From NCBI GenBank assembly GCA_016786885.1, contig JAEUVO010000052.1, positions 12,930 to 76,929 on the forward strand: a stretch of DNA of 64,000 bases. The letters run 5' to 3'. The notes under the pieces were generated by a model. That model was not told the DNA's origin and made no database searches. It saw nothing but the letters and a program-made list of their open reading frames with translations. This document shows, in pieces, positions 54,299-64,000 of this stretch (position 1 is the first letter of the stretch; each line of letters opens with the position of its first letter). This DNA is from Chitinophagaceae bacterium (GTDB lineage Bacteria > Bacteroidota > Bacteroidia > Chitinophagales > Chitinophagaceae). The position numbers and the translations under genes were made by a program.

Positions 54299-57200
54299 AT
54301 GTCAGTAAATCAATTTTTAAAATCCGGAAGGCCTGCTTTATTTTTCATTATCAGTATACTTTTCTCCTGTCTCTTATTTGCTCAAAAAGTAACGAACGGG
54401 AAAGTAATATCTGCGGATAATCAACAACCAATGGCAGGGGTTACTATCACTGTCAAGGGAACTGGTGTAATGGCTACTACAGATCAGTCAGGGTTATTTA
54501 GCATCATTGCTTCTGATAATGATGTATTAATTATCAGTAATGTCGGTTTTATCAGCAGGGATGTAAAAGCTTCAGAAGCACATTCAATTATTCTTGAATC
54601 TGAAACTAAGAGTATGAGTGAAGTGGTAGTAACGGCTTTAGGTATAAGGAAGGAAACCAAAAGGTTGGGCTATTCTGTGCAGGAAGTAAAAGGCTCAGAT
54701 CTGCTGAAAGCAAGGGAACCCAATGCAATTAATGCATTGGTGGGTAAAGTTGCGGGACTTTCCGTAGGTGCTTCAACTGAAATACTCGGCAGGCCCCAAA
54801 TTTTGTTGCGTGGAAACAGCGTCAATTTCTTTGTAATAGATGGAGTGCCTATTAATTCAGACACCTGGAACATCAGCCCAGATGACATCGAAAGTTATTC
54901 AGTATTAAAAGGCCCTACAGCTGCGGCATTGTATGGTAACAGGGCAATCAATGGTGCAATAATTATTAATACAAAAAAAGGGTCAAAGGATAAAAGAGGA
55001 TTTAGTATAGAGTTTAACTCCAGTACCATGTTTGAAAAGGGATATAACGCATTACCAAAAGTGCAGGATGAGTATGGACCCGGTGATCATGGTAAGTATT
55101 CATTTGTAGATGGAAGAGGAGGTGGGTTGAACGATGGAGACTATGATATCTGGGGGCCAAAATTTGAAGGCCAGCTGATAGCACAGTATGACAGCCCGAT
55201 TGATCCTGCAACAGGATTACGTACAAAAACTCCCTGGATTGCCAGAGGGAAAGATAACCTGAGCCGGTTTATACAGACAGGGTTGTTAACTACAAACAGT
55301 ATTTCTGTTTCTTCGAGTTCAGAGAAATCCGATCTCCGTTTCTCTTTGTCTAACACCTATCAGAAGGGGATAGTGCCCAACACAAAACTCAACGGGTTTA
55401 ACTTTAATACATTTATCGGGCATAATTTCTCACCTCGCCTTCGTTTTGAGGCCAATGTAAATTATAACAGGCAGTCTACTCCCAATGTCCCTGACGTTAA
55501 TTATGGGCCCAACAGTATGATATATAACATTACTATCTGGGGTGGTGCAGATTGGGATATTGATGATATGAAAAATTACTGGCAACCGGGTAAGGAAGGT
55601 GTTCAGCAGATATATGCAGAATACCAGCGATACAATAATCCCTGGTTCCTTGTGAAAGAATGGTTAAGAGGCCACCATATGAACTACCTCAACGGGTATG
55701 CGAGCCTTAACTTTAAAATCAATAAAAACCTTGAATTACTTGGCCGGACATCTGTATCAACGTATGATCTTTTGCGTACTGAGAAATTTCCTTATTCTGC
55801 TACAAGCTATGGTCGTGAAGAGGCAAAAGGAGATTACAGGGAAGATATCAGAAAGCTTTTTGAAAATAATACTGAACTGTTGCTGAAGGTTAACAAGAAG
55901 TTTTTCAATAACGATTTTAGTGTGTCTGGCCTTGTGGGCGGCAATGCCCGTAATATGCGTTTCAATTCAAGTTATGTTACAACCGATTACCTGAATGTGC
56001 CTGGTATTTACACATTTGCAAATTCCCGCAATCCTGTCAAAGCCTCAAATTTTACATCAGAAATGCTGGTGCTGAGTGCTTACTCTTCTGTTGATATTTC
56101 TTACAAGAACTACATAAATGTCGGCGCTACTATCCGTTGGGATAAATCATCAGCAATTCCTAATAGCAAGCCAGGTACTTATCCATCAGTTTCTGTAAGT
56201 ACTGTATTGTCAGATTACATGAAAATGCCTGCTGCTTTATCGTTTCTTAAACTGAAAGGCTCTTTTGCCAGTGTAAGGGATGGCGGTACCCAGGCTTATA
56301 TCGGCCCATCATCATATCCAATTGGGTATGGTGCTGCATATACCACTGCTTATGACGGACCAAGCTACAGCCTGGTAAGCAAAGTGTATAGTACAAGATT
56401 AGATTATAATAATACCAGTGCGGCCTATTACACAGATAATTTATATGATGATATTGCAACTGCCAACAGGACCAACTACGAGGCAGGGTTGGATATCCGG
56501 TTCTTGAAAAACAGGATAGGTTTGGATGCTGTTTACTTCACTTATATTGATGGCCCGCAAATTTTCCGTAACCCTATTTCACAGTCTACAGGTTATACCT
56601 CTTTATATATTAATGCAGCGAAGTATGCTACCAAAGGGTTTGAGTTTACTATTAATGGCAGCCCGGTGAAAACAAAAAGTGGTTTTTCATGGGATGTGTT
56701 ATTGAACTGGTCTACTTACAAACAAACTTATCTTGAATTACCTGCGGATTCAATATTGGTAGGACAGATATATGTAAAAGAAGGAGACAGGCTTGATATG
56801 TACCAGGGTACTGCTTATGCCCGCACCCAGGATGGTCAAATTATTAATGACGGAGGAGGCCGTCCTATAGTTCTACCAAAGAACCAGATATTGGGTTATT
56901 CAAATCCTGATTGGGTTTGGGGACTTACAAATAAGTTTAACTACAAGAATATTTTCCTGACCGTTCAGATAGACGGAAGAGTAGGTGGAGAAATGGAAAA
57001 TTATATCCGTCGTCAAACATTCCGCGGTGGTCGTCATATTGAAACTGTTCAGGGAGCTATGGGCGATGCCCGTTACCAGGATTTCCTTGGTGTGAAGTCA
57101 TGGGTAGGTGAAGGTGTTGTTATAACTGCCGGCACACCTATTTATGATCCGGTAACCGGTCAGATAACCAATTACAAGGATCTCACTTTTGCGCCCAACG

Positions 57201-57505
57201 GTACAAAAACATATTTGCAGGATTATATCAGCCGTTACAATTCTACAGCGGAAGGTAACCTGATGAGTAAAACATTTGCGAAACTAAGAGAGATAACACT
57301 GGGTTATAATATTCCTTCAAAAGTTCTTGGCAAGTCTTTTATCAAAAATGCATCAGTATCGTTTGTAGCCCGTAATCTCTTCTATTTTGCGGATAAGAAA
57401 AATAAGGATGTGGATATTGATCAATATGCTGGAAGTCAATCATCCAGCAGTCTTCAATCACCTACTGTAAAAAGATTTGGATTCAACCTTAACCTTGTTT
57501 TCTAA
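54299..57505 (+). CDS. SusC/RagA family TonB-dependent outer-membrane transporter
   Basis: EVVVTALG, LVGKVAGL, VIDGVP, VLKGPTAAALYG.RAINGAIIINTK, C-terminal GFNLNLVF. Confidence 0.96.
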   Translation: MSVNQFLKSGRPALFFIISILFSCLLFAQKVTNGKVISADNQQPMAGVTITVKGTGVMATTDQSGLFSIIASDNDVLIISNVGFISRDVKASEAHSIILESETKSMSEVVVTALGIRKETKRLGYSVQEVKGSDLLKAREPNAINALVGKVAGLSVGASTEILGRPQILLRGNSVNFFVIDGVPINSDTWNISPDDIESYSVLKGPTAAALYGNRAINGAIIINTKKGSKDKRGFSIEFNSSTMFEKGYNALPKVQDEYGPGDHGKYSFVDGRGGGLNDGDYDIWGPKFEGQLIAQYDSPIDPATGLRTKTPWIARGKDNLSRFIQTGLLTTNSISVSSSSEKSDLRFSLSNTYQKGIVPNTKLNGFNFNTFIGHNFSPRLRFEANVNYNRQSTPNVPDVNYGPNSMIYNITIWGGADWDIDDMKNYWQPGKEGVQQIYAEYQRYNNPWFLVKEWLRGHHMNYLNGYASLNFKINKNLELLGRTSVSTYDLLRTEKFPYSATSYGREEAKGDYREDIRKLFENNTELLLKVNKKFFNNDFSVSGLVGGNARNMRFNSSYVTTDYLNVPGIYTFANSRNPVKASNFTSEMLVLSAYSSVDISYKNYINVGATIRWDKSSAIPNSKPGTYPSVSVSTVLSDYMKMPAALSFLKLKGSFASVRDGGTQAYIGPSSYPIGYGAAYTTAYDGPSYSLVSKVYSTRLDYNNTSAAYYTDNLYDDIATANRTNYEAGLDIRFLKNRIGLDAVYFTYIDGPQIFRNPISQSTGYTSLYINAAKYATKGFEFTINGSPVKTKSGFSWDVLLNWSTYKQTYLELPADSILVGQIYVKEGDRLDMYQGTAYARTQDGQIINDGGGRPIVLPKNQILGYSNPDWVWGLTNKFNYKNIFLTVQIDGRVGGEMENYIRRQTFRGGRHIETVQGAMGDARYQDFLGVKSWVGEGVVITAGTPIYDPVTGQITNYKDLTFAPNGTKTYLQDYISRYNSTAEGNLMSKTFAKLREITLGYNIPSKVLGKSFIKNASVSFVARNLFYFADKKNKDVDIDQYAGSQSSSSLQSPTVKRFGFNLNLVF

Positions 57506-57537
57506 GAAACATTCAACAACAACTCAAAACTGATTAT

Positions 57538-59133
57538 ATGAAAAAGTACATACTAACTTTCACAGCAGCAGTGATCTTATTCACTTCCTGTAAAAAAAAG
57601 TTTGAAGATCTTGAAAGTAACCCCAATCTTCCCGAGAGTGTACCAGCAGCACTGGCATTGAATGGCATTGAAACCAGCATGGCCGGTTTTCAACGCCCCT
57701 GGAACCTGGAACAACGCTGGAACCAGTTTGCCTGCTGCAATTATAATTACTACGGCAACCAGGAGTATAACTGGAGCGGGGCGTCTTTATTTTATACAAC
57801 ATTGAAAAATGTTATAAAGATGGAAGAGGAAGCAAAGGCAGGCGGTGGAGGAGATGTAAATCCCTACTCTGCTTTGGGTAAATTTTTCAGGGCTTATTTC
57901 TTTTATGAAATGACGATGAGGGTAGGTGATCTGCCGATGAAAGAGGCATTAAACGGAATAAATAATCTTACCCCAAAGTATGATACGCAAAAAGAAATAT
58001 TCATACAGGTAATTAAATGGCTGGAAGAAGCCAATACAGATATAACAGCACTTATTGCTTCTGCGAATAATACCTTGTTAGGTGATTATTTCTTTAATAA
58101 TGATTTGCGGAAATGGCAAAATGTCGTAAACACATTCCGCCTCCGGGTACTCATCAGCCTGAGTAAAAAAAGCGGTGATGCCGATCTGGCATTAGGGTCA
58201 TCTTTTTCTGCTATCATGAGTAATAAACCAAAGTACCCGGTAATAGAGAGTATGAATGATAACCTGCAGTTTGTTTGGGTTAATCCATTCAATAAATACC
58301 CGATTAACCCTGATAACTTTGGATTTGATGCAACCCGTTACAATATGTCTTCTACTCATATTGGCCTGCTGACCTCTCTTAAAGATCCCCGAGTCTTCGC
58401 AGTAGCTGACCCCGCAGGTTCACAGCTTAAAGCTGGCCTCTTGCCATCTGATCATGATGCGTACGTTGGTGCAAGCCCGGCTGAAGATCTTGCTGACATG
58501 TCAACTAAAGCGGGATTTGATAATGGCCCGGGTTTTACACCGGGTAAATATTCATTTTATGGCCGCTACCGTTATTACCGTACTTACACAGCAGAGAATA
58601 CTATCTTGATCGGATATCCTGAATTGTGTTTCAATATTGCTGAAGCGATCAATCTTGGTTGGATAAGTGGAAATGCAGAGGAGTGGTATATAAAAGGAAT
58701 AAAGGCTTCAATAGGGTTTTATGGGATTAAAGATGGAATCAATGATTTTTATTATCTAAAACCTGGTGGTAAGGTAACTGAAAGTGCTGATTATATAAAC
58801 TATAAAGTAACCTTTGTATTCAATGACTATTACAGCCAGCCTGCTGTAGCGTATGCCGGTAATAATGCCACTGGTAGGAACCAAATACTCAATCAGAAGT
58901 ATCTTGCTTTTTTTCAAAACTCAGGATTTGAAGCATATTATAACCAGCGTCGTACAGGAGTTCCTGTTTTTGCGCAGGGTGGCCCGGGAACAGGTAACAG
59001 CGGTCAGATACCGAAGAGATTTCAGTACCCCGGTACAGAAAGAACTACCAATCCAGCTAACCTGGCAGAAGCATTGCAAAGACAGTTTGCCGGACAGGAT
59101 AATATAAATGCAGCAATGTGGCTGATCCAATAA
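57538..59133 (+). CDS. SusD/RagB family lipoprotein
   Basis: Lipobox TSC-KKKFED, SNPNLP, GDLPMKEAL, PKYDTQKEI, QKYLAFF...EAYYNQRRTG, PKRFQYP. Confidence 0.95.
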   Translation: MKKYILTFTAAVILFTSCKKKFEDLESNPNLPESVPAALALNGIETSMAGFQRPWNLEQRWNQFACCNYNYYGNQEYNWSGASLFYTTLKNVIKMEEEAKAGGGGDVNPYSALGKFFRAYFFYEMTMRVGDLPMKEALNGINNLTPKYDTQKEIFIQVIKWLEEANTDITALIASANNTLLGDYFFNNDLRKWQNVVNTFRLRVLISLSKKSGDADLALGSSFSAIMSNKPKYPVIESMNDNLQFVWVNPFNKYPINPDNFGFDATRYNMSSTHIGLLTSLKDPRVFAVADPAGSQLKAGLLPSDHDAYVGASPAEDLADMSTKAGFDNGPGFTPGKYSFYGRYRYYRTYTAENTILIGYPELCFNIAEAINLGWISGNAEEWYIKGIKASIGFYGIKDGINDFYYLKPGGKVTESADYINYKVTFVFNDYYSQPAVAYAGNNATGRNQILNQKYLAFFQNSGFEAYYNQRRTGVPVFAQGGPGTGNSGQIPKRFQYPGTERTTNPANLAEALQRQFAGQDNINAAMWLIQ

Positions 59134-59242
59134 ATATTTCGAAATAGCATAGCAGCAGTTTTCTCATGCAAGCAGAGCAATCAGTAAGCGTAAACAAAGG
59201 CGGAACTTTTCTAAGTTTCGCTCCTTTTTAAAATTTTTGGAT

Positions 59243-61963
59243 ATGATCATTAGATATGTTCAGCCAATTTTATACCTATTAATTCATTTCGTTGCAAGTA
59301 CGCAAAATCATAAGCAGATAATAACCTTGCAGGTTCCGGGCAAAGACCAGTATGCTGTGATAAAGGAGAAAGGGGTTTCTGTTTTGCCAAGTGGTAGGTT
59401 TGTAACACCTGCAGGACAGATGATTCGTATCACCCATGATCCGTTTGGAATGGCGCTTTCACCTGATGGTAAGAAGGCTGTAACGCTGCACAACGGAGTT
59501 TTTACCATTATAGACCTTGTTACTCTCGGTCATACCCGTGTTCCATCATATGATAAAAAAATTACTTCGCCATTATCAAACGGATCTTTTTTGGGTGTTG
59601 CATTTTCACCTGATTCCAAAACAGTTTTTCTGAGTGGCGGAGATAACGGAGCGGTTATTATGTATGATATAGAAGAATTTCAGCGTATTGATTCAATTTC
59701 ATTAAACGGGCGGATTGATGGCATTGACTATACAGAGAGTTTTACTTCAGACCTGTTATTAAATGAAAATAACAACGAATTGCTAGTATTGGACAGGGGA
59801 AATTTTCGCCTGGTCAGAATTAACCTGGATTCTAAAAAGTTAACTGCTTCAATAAAGACTGGTCGCCAGCCTTTCGGGTTATCAACCAGCCCAGATAAGA
59901 AACTAGCTTTTGTTGCCAATGTGGGCATGTACTCCTATCCACTGGTGAAAGGAATGGACTCCACAAACTATAATTCTATGATGATCAACTGGCATCCATA
60001 TGGAGATAATACAGTTGAATCAATAAACGGCATTGTAATTGACGGAAAGAAAATCCCTGGTGTAGGGAGTCCTTTATCTCCAGAGGCTATGAGTGTGTTC
60101 ACTATTGACCTTGCAACAAACAAGGTGATCGATAAGTTTAAAACCGGCCATCAGATAGGGCAGATGATTGAGGATGCAGAAGTTGTGGGTGGAGCCAGCC
60201 CCAATTCTATCGCTGTTGGCAGCAGATACGCTTATGTAACCAATGCCACTAATGATAACATTTCTGTTATTGACTATACAACAAGGAAAATCATTTCTCA
60301 TATTCCGATCTCTGTTGATAAACGGATTGATAAATACCGTGGATTATTGCCATTTGGTATCACGTTGAGCAGAGATGAGAAAACATTGTATGTGGCCTTG
60401 CTTGGTTTCAATGCGGTGGCGGTTATTGATATAAATACGAAACTGACAAAGGGGCTGATACCAACCGGCTGGGGACCTGCCAGGGTACAGTTGTCCAAAG
60501 ATGAAAAAGAAATTTATGTTATCAGCTGTCGTGGCTTGGGGGCCGGTCCAAATGGAGGAGAGGGCTTTATTAAGCCAGTGCAGGGAACTTATGTTGGCGA
60601 TATTCAGCTGGCTACTTTTCAAAAAATCATTATGCCAGATGAAAAACAACTGGCTGATTATACAAGACAGACTATTGATAATACTATGCAGGCAGTGAGT
60701 GTAAATGATGATGAGAACAATCCACTGCCTGCATTGCCAAAACTCAGGCAAAGCCCTATCAGGCATATTGTTTATATCACTAAAGAAAACAGAACTTATG
60801 ATGAGGTGATGGGGCAGTTAAAAACCGGCAAAGGTGACCAGACACTGGCCAGGTATGGTGTAAATGTGAATGTGTACGGGAAAAACGATACTCTGAAAGT
60901 TTCTAATGCCGATGTGATGCCCAATCATAACAAAGCAGCAACTGAATTTTCTTATAGCGATAATTTTTATTGCGACAGCGATGCCTCTATTCATGGGCAT
61001 CACTGGATGGTTGGAGTGATACCTAATGAATGGGTTGAAGCCAACTCCAGTGTGAGTAAGACAGCTGACTACTTTTCTACTGCACCTGGTCGCCGGTTCC
61101 CGGGAAGTACCGGTAGTATGGACCCCGAAGATTACGCAGAAACCGGGGGTCTGTGGGAAGCACTAGAGAGAAACAAAATTTCATTTTACAATTTTGGTGA
61201 GGCAAATGAAACAGCACATGTAAGAGAAGAATGGTATGATACATTAACCGGGGCTGCACATGCAGTAATGGTACCCATGCAAAAAGCTTTGTGGAGCCGT
61301 ACTTCTCATAATTATGCTGGCTATAATACTAATATACCTGACCAGTTCAGGATGGAACAATTTGAAACAGAATTTACCAGAATGTGGATCGAAGGAAAAG
61401 AAGAGTTGCCGCAACTGATAACTATGCAGGTTCCCAATGATCATGGAGCCGGGCCGAGACCTGAGGATGGTTACCCATATGCACATTCATATATGGCGGA
61501 TAATGACCTGGCTGTTGGCAGAATCCTGCATTTTCTTTCCCGTACAAAATACTGGAAGAATATGCTGGTAATAATTACAGAAGATGATCCACAAGGCGGA
61601 GTGGATCATGTAGATGCTCACAGGAGTATTTTGCTGATGGCCGGCCCATATATAAAACGTAATTATGTTTCTCATACCCATGCAAACTTTGGTTCCATTC
61701 TGAAAATGATATATAATATCCTTAATATTGATTATGTGAATCAATATGATGTAACAGCATCGTTGTTGCAGGATTTCTTTACAGATAAGCCTGATTATAC
61801 ACCCTATAATTTTGTATTTCCTGATAAGAGAATATTTGATACACAAAAAGCCATGCAGCGATATAATAGAAGTATCGACTGGAAAAAAATTCAGCAAGGG
61901 CCAAAGATGGACGATGAAGATCAGCAGCGTACCGACCATTATAAGCAAAAGACTAACGAATAA
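59243..61963 (+). CDS. YncE-like beta-propeller fused to phosphoesterase (AcpA/PlcH, alkaline-phosphatase superfamily) domain, paralog A
   Basis: LPSGRFVTPAG, propeller repeats (KLAFVAN, YAYVTNA, TLYVAL), KENRTYDEV, FYCDSDASIHGHHW, PNDH, DNDLAVG, EDDPQGGVDHVDAHRS. Confidence 0.9.
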   Translation: MIIRYVQPILYLLIHFVASTQNHKQIITLQVPGKDQYAVIKEKGVSVLPSGRFVTPAGQMIRITHDPFGMALSPDGKKAVTLHNGVFTIIDLVTLGHTRVPSYDKKITSPLSNGSFLGVAFSPDSKTVFLSGGDNGAVIMYDIEEFQRIDSISLNGRIDGIDYTESFTSDLLLNENNNELLVLDRGNFRLVRINLDSKKLTASIKTGRQPFGLSTSPDKKLAFVANVGMYSYPLVKGMDSTNYNSMMINWHPYGDNTVESINGIVIDGKKIPGVGSPLSPEAMSVFTIDLATNKVIDKFKTGHQIGQMIEDAEVVGGASPNSIAVGSRYAYVTNATNDNISVIDYTTRKIISHIPISVDKRIDKYRGLLPFGITLSRDEKTLYVALLGFNAVAVIDINTKLTKGLIPTGWGPARVQLSKDEKEIYVISCRGLGAGPNGGEGFIKPVQGTYVGDIQLATFQKIIMPDEKQLADYTRQTIDNTMQAVSVNDDENNPLPALPKLRQSPIRHIVYITKENRTYDEVMGQLKTGKGDQTLARYGVNVNVYGKNDTLKVSNADVMPNHNKAATEFSYSDNFYCDSDASIHGHHWMVGVIPNEWVEANSSVSKTADYFSTAPGRRFPGSTGSMDPEDYAETGGLWEALERNKISFYNFGEANETAHVREEWYDTLTGAAHAVMVPMQKALWSRTSHNYAGYNTNIPDQFRMEQFETEFTRMWIEGKEELPQLITMQVPNDHGAGPRPEDGYPYAHSYMADNDLAVGRILHFLSRTKYWKNMLVIITEDDPQGGVDHVDAHRSILLMAGPYIKRNYVSHTHANFGSILKMIYNILNIDYVNQYDVTASLLQDFFTDKPDYTPYNFVFPDKRIFDTQKAMQRYNRSIDWKKIQQGPKMDDEDQQRTDHYKQKTNE

Positions 61964-61973
61964 ATAAAAAGCA

Positions 61974-64000
61974 ATGAGAAAAACGTTACTGTTATCCTTA
62001 TGCTCCTTTCTTATACTGCCCTCATTCGGGCAGGATAAAACTACCTCTGCTATAAAAGCCCGGTTAGAAAAAAAGAAGGTTTCTTTACCCAATGGCTGGA
62101 TATTGTCACCTGCGGGCCGTTCTTTACCGCTTGGAGACCTTCCATTGAATATAGCCGTGTCTAAATCAAAAAAATTGATTGCGGTTACCAACAACGGACA
62201 AAGTGTGCAGAGCATACAGTTAATTGATGTGAAAACGGAAAAGGAACTGGACCGGATAATTGTGCCAAAAGCATGGTATGGTTTGAAGTTCAGCGCTGAT
62301 GAAAGATTTTTATATGCCAGCGGCGGAAACGATAACTGGATTTTGAAGTTCGTACTTCAAAATAAAAAACTGGTATTGACCGACAGTATTCAGCTTGGTC
62401 AAAAATGGCCGGAAAAAATTTCTCCTGCAGGTATTGACATTGATGATGATACGAAAAAGATGTATGTAGTTACAAAGGAAAACAACTCACTGTATGTAGT
62501 GAATCTTGTTTCAAAAAATATCATTTATAAAGACACATTACTGGAACCTGCATATTCCTGCCTTTTGTCAAACAATAAAAAAGAACTCTATATTTCTTCC
62601 TGGGGTGGGAAAAAAATACTGGTATTTGATGTGAGTTCAAGAAAAATAACTGCACAAATACATGTTGGTGAAAACCCTAATGAATTGCTGCTTTCCAAAA
62701 ACGGCAAATTATTATTTGTTGCCAATGCCGGCGATAATGCAGTTTCTGTAATTGATATAGCCAGCCGTAAAGTCCTGGAAGTACTTAATGCAGCTTTATA
62801 TCCGGATGCACCCACAGGGTCAGCCAGTAACGGGCTTGCATTAAGTGAGGATCAGCAAACACTCTATGTGGCCAATGCAGATAACAATTGCCTGGCGGTT
62901 TTTGATGTAAGCAAACCGGGTTTCAGTAAATCAAAAGGATTTATTCCTGTTGGCTGGTATCCTACTAATGTCAAAGTAATTGGTAAAAAAATATTTGTAA
63001 GTAATGGCAAAGGCCTTTCATCATTACCTAATGCCAAAGGTCCTGATCCATCCAAGCATGACCAGGAAGTAAATTACCAGCACGGTGATTACAAAAATAA
63101 ACAGAGCCAGATACAATACATTGCCGGATTGTTTAAAGGTACTATGAGTATCATAGACGAACCGGGTGCTGGGCAATTGAGTATTTATTCAGAAGCTGTT
63201 TATCAAAATACACCTTACACTAAAGAAAAGGAACTGAATGCAAAAGGAGAGGCTGGTAACCCCATTCCCATGAAAGTGGGTGATGCATCTCCCATAAAAT
63301 ATGTGTTTTACATTATTAAAGAAAACAGAACTTATGACCAGGTGCTCAGTGACATGCCCGGTGGTAATGGCGATACAAGTTTATTATTGTTTGGGAAAAA
63401 AATAACGCCTAACCAGCACAAGCTTGCGGCCGAGTTTGTACTGCTTGATAATTTTTATGTAGATGGGGAAGTAAGCGCTGATGGACATAACTGGAGTACT
63501 GCTGCCAATGCCAATGACTACCTGGAGAAAACATGGCCTACTGATTATGGTGGTCGTGGTGGTAATTATGATGCAGAGGGTAACCGGGAAGTTTCAAATC
63601 CAGATCGGGGATTTATCTGGGATTATTGCAAAAGGGCCGGCGTGAGTTACAGAACCTACGGTGAATTTGCAGATGATTACAAAGCCAATATTAAAGTGCT
63701 GGAAAATCATTTTTGCCCTTATTACACCAGTTGGGATGAAAGTATAAAAGATACCACAAGGTTTTATCAATGGAAAAGAGAATTCGACTCTCTGTTAGCA
63801 GTCAATGCTGTTCCCCGGTTTAATTCACTCAGGTTTATCAATGACCATACAGAGGGACAAAGATTGGGGAAGCCCACACCATTTGCCCATGTGGCTGATA
63901 ACGATCTGGCCGTTGGAATGTTTGTGGAGTATCTGTCTAAAAGCCCGATTTGGAAAGAATCGGCAATTTTTATTATAGAAGATGATGCACAAAATGGCCC
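61974..64000 (+). CDS. YncE-like beta-propeller fused to phosphoesterase domain, paralog B, truncated by window end (absent from ORF track)
   Basis: Manual translation from ATG 61974: MRKTLLLSLCSFLILPSFGQ, LPNGWILSPAG, propeller repeats, KENRTYDQV, FYVDGEVSADGHNW, NDHTEG, DNDLAVG, EDDAQNG. Confidence 0.92.
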   Translation, partial: MRKTLLLSLCSFLILPSFGQDKTTSAIKARLEKKKVSLPNGWILSPAGRSLPLGDLPLNIAVSKSKKLIAVTNNGQSVQSIQLIDVKTEKELDRIIVPKAWYGLKFSADERFLYASGGNDNWILKFVLQNKKLVLTDSIQLGQKWPEKISPAGIDIDDDTKKMYVVTKENNSLYVVNLVSKNIIYKDTLLEPAYSCLLSNNKKELYISSWGGKKILVFDVSSRKITAQIHVGENPNELLLSKNGKLLFVANAGDNAVSVIDIASRKVLEVLNAALYPDAPTGSASNGLALSEDQQTLYVANADNNCLAVFDVSKPGFSKSKGFIPVGWYPTNVKVIGKKIFVSNGKGLSSLPNAKGPDPSKHDQEVNYQHGDYKNKQSQIQYIAGLFKGTMSIIDEPGAGQLSIYSEAVYQNTPYTKEKELNAKGEAGNPIPMKVGDASPIKYVFYIIKENRTYDQVLSDMPGGNGDTSLLLFGKKITPNQHKLAAEFVLLDNFYVDGEVSADGHNWSTAANANDYLEKTWPTDYGGRGGNYDAEGNREVSNPDRGFIWDYCKRAGVSYRTYGEFADDYKANIKVLENHFCPYYTSWDESIKDTTRFYQWKREFDSLLAVNAVPRFNSLRFINDHTEGQRLGKPTPFAHVADNDLAVGMFVEYLSKSPIWKESAIFIIEDDAQNG

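Noticed and set aside
61487-62215. 242-aa minus-strand ORF, and other long antisense ORFs (21967-22461, 41643-42266, 31619-32062, 60344-60766)
   Set aside because: Shadow frames of well-supported genes on the opposite strand, with no motifs.
1-64000. tRNA, rRNA, transposase, integrase, prophage or anti-phage defence genes
   Set aside because: No cloverleaf-like sequence in the intergenic gaps and no ORF with such motifs was seen by eye; tRNAscan/Infernal would confirm.

Overview
A 64-kb, AT-rich chromosomal segment from a Bacteroidota bacterium. Gene content, TAnnTTTG -7 promoters and A-rich leaders without Shine-Dalgarno sites suggest Chitinophagaceae (inference). The left two thirds are housekeeping and envelope genes: truncated MMPL transporter, porZ, recO, prfA, gcvH, serS, purD, tryptophan 2,3-dioxygenase, mreBCD-mrdA-rodA, a transketolase half and galE. 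Mixed among them are two ECF sigma/anti-sigma modules, an alkane 1-monooxygenase, a DUF1800-DUF1501 pair and three tandem peptide transporters. From about 42.4 kb to the window end is what looks like a phosphorus-starvation island: DUF47-PiT, an O/P-type porin, a TonB receptor plus lipoprotein, a transglutaminase-like secreted protein, a PlcP/LpxH-like metallophosphoesterase plus glycosyltransferase, and SusC/SusD followed by two beta-propeller phosphoesterases. Intergenic reading shows regulatory structure that the ORFs do not explain. (1) 11-bp-periodic TAACA-like (Pho-box-like) arrays end 14 bp before a -7-like element at four promoters; one of these has no gene behind it and points into an ~100-nt terminated RNA. 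(2) A sigmaE-type AAACTT-N16-TCTGA promoter is shared by an anti-sigma gene, a cytochrome c lipoprotein and DUF1800-DUF1501. (3) An AATCY-N16-CGTA promoter is shared by a SigK-like ECF gene and an ~80-nt two-hairpin RNA behind its anti-sigma gene. I saw no tRNA, rRNA, CRISPR array, integrase or transposase. All family calls come from motif recognition, not database searches.
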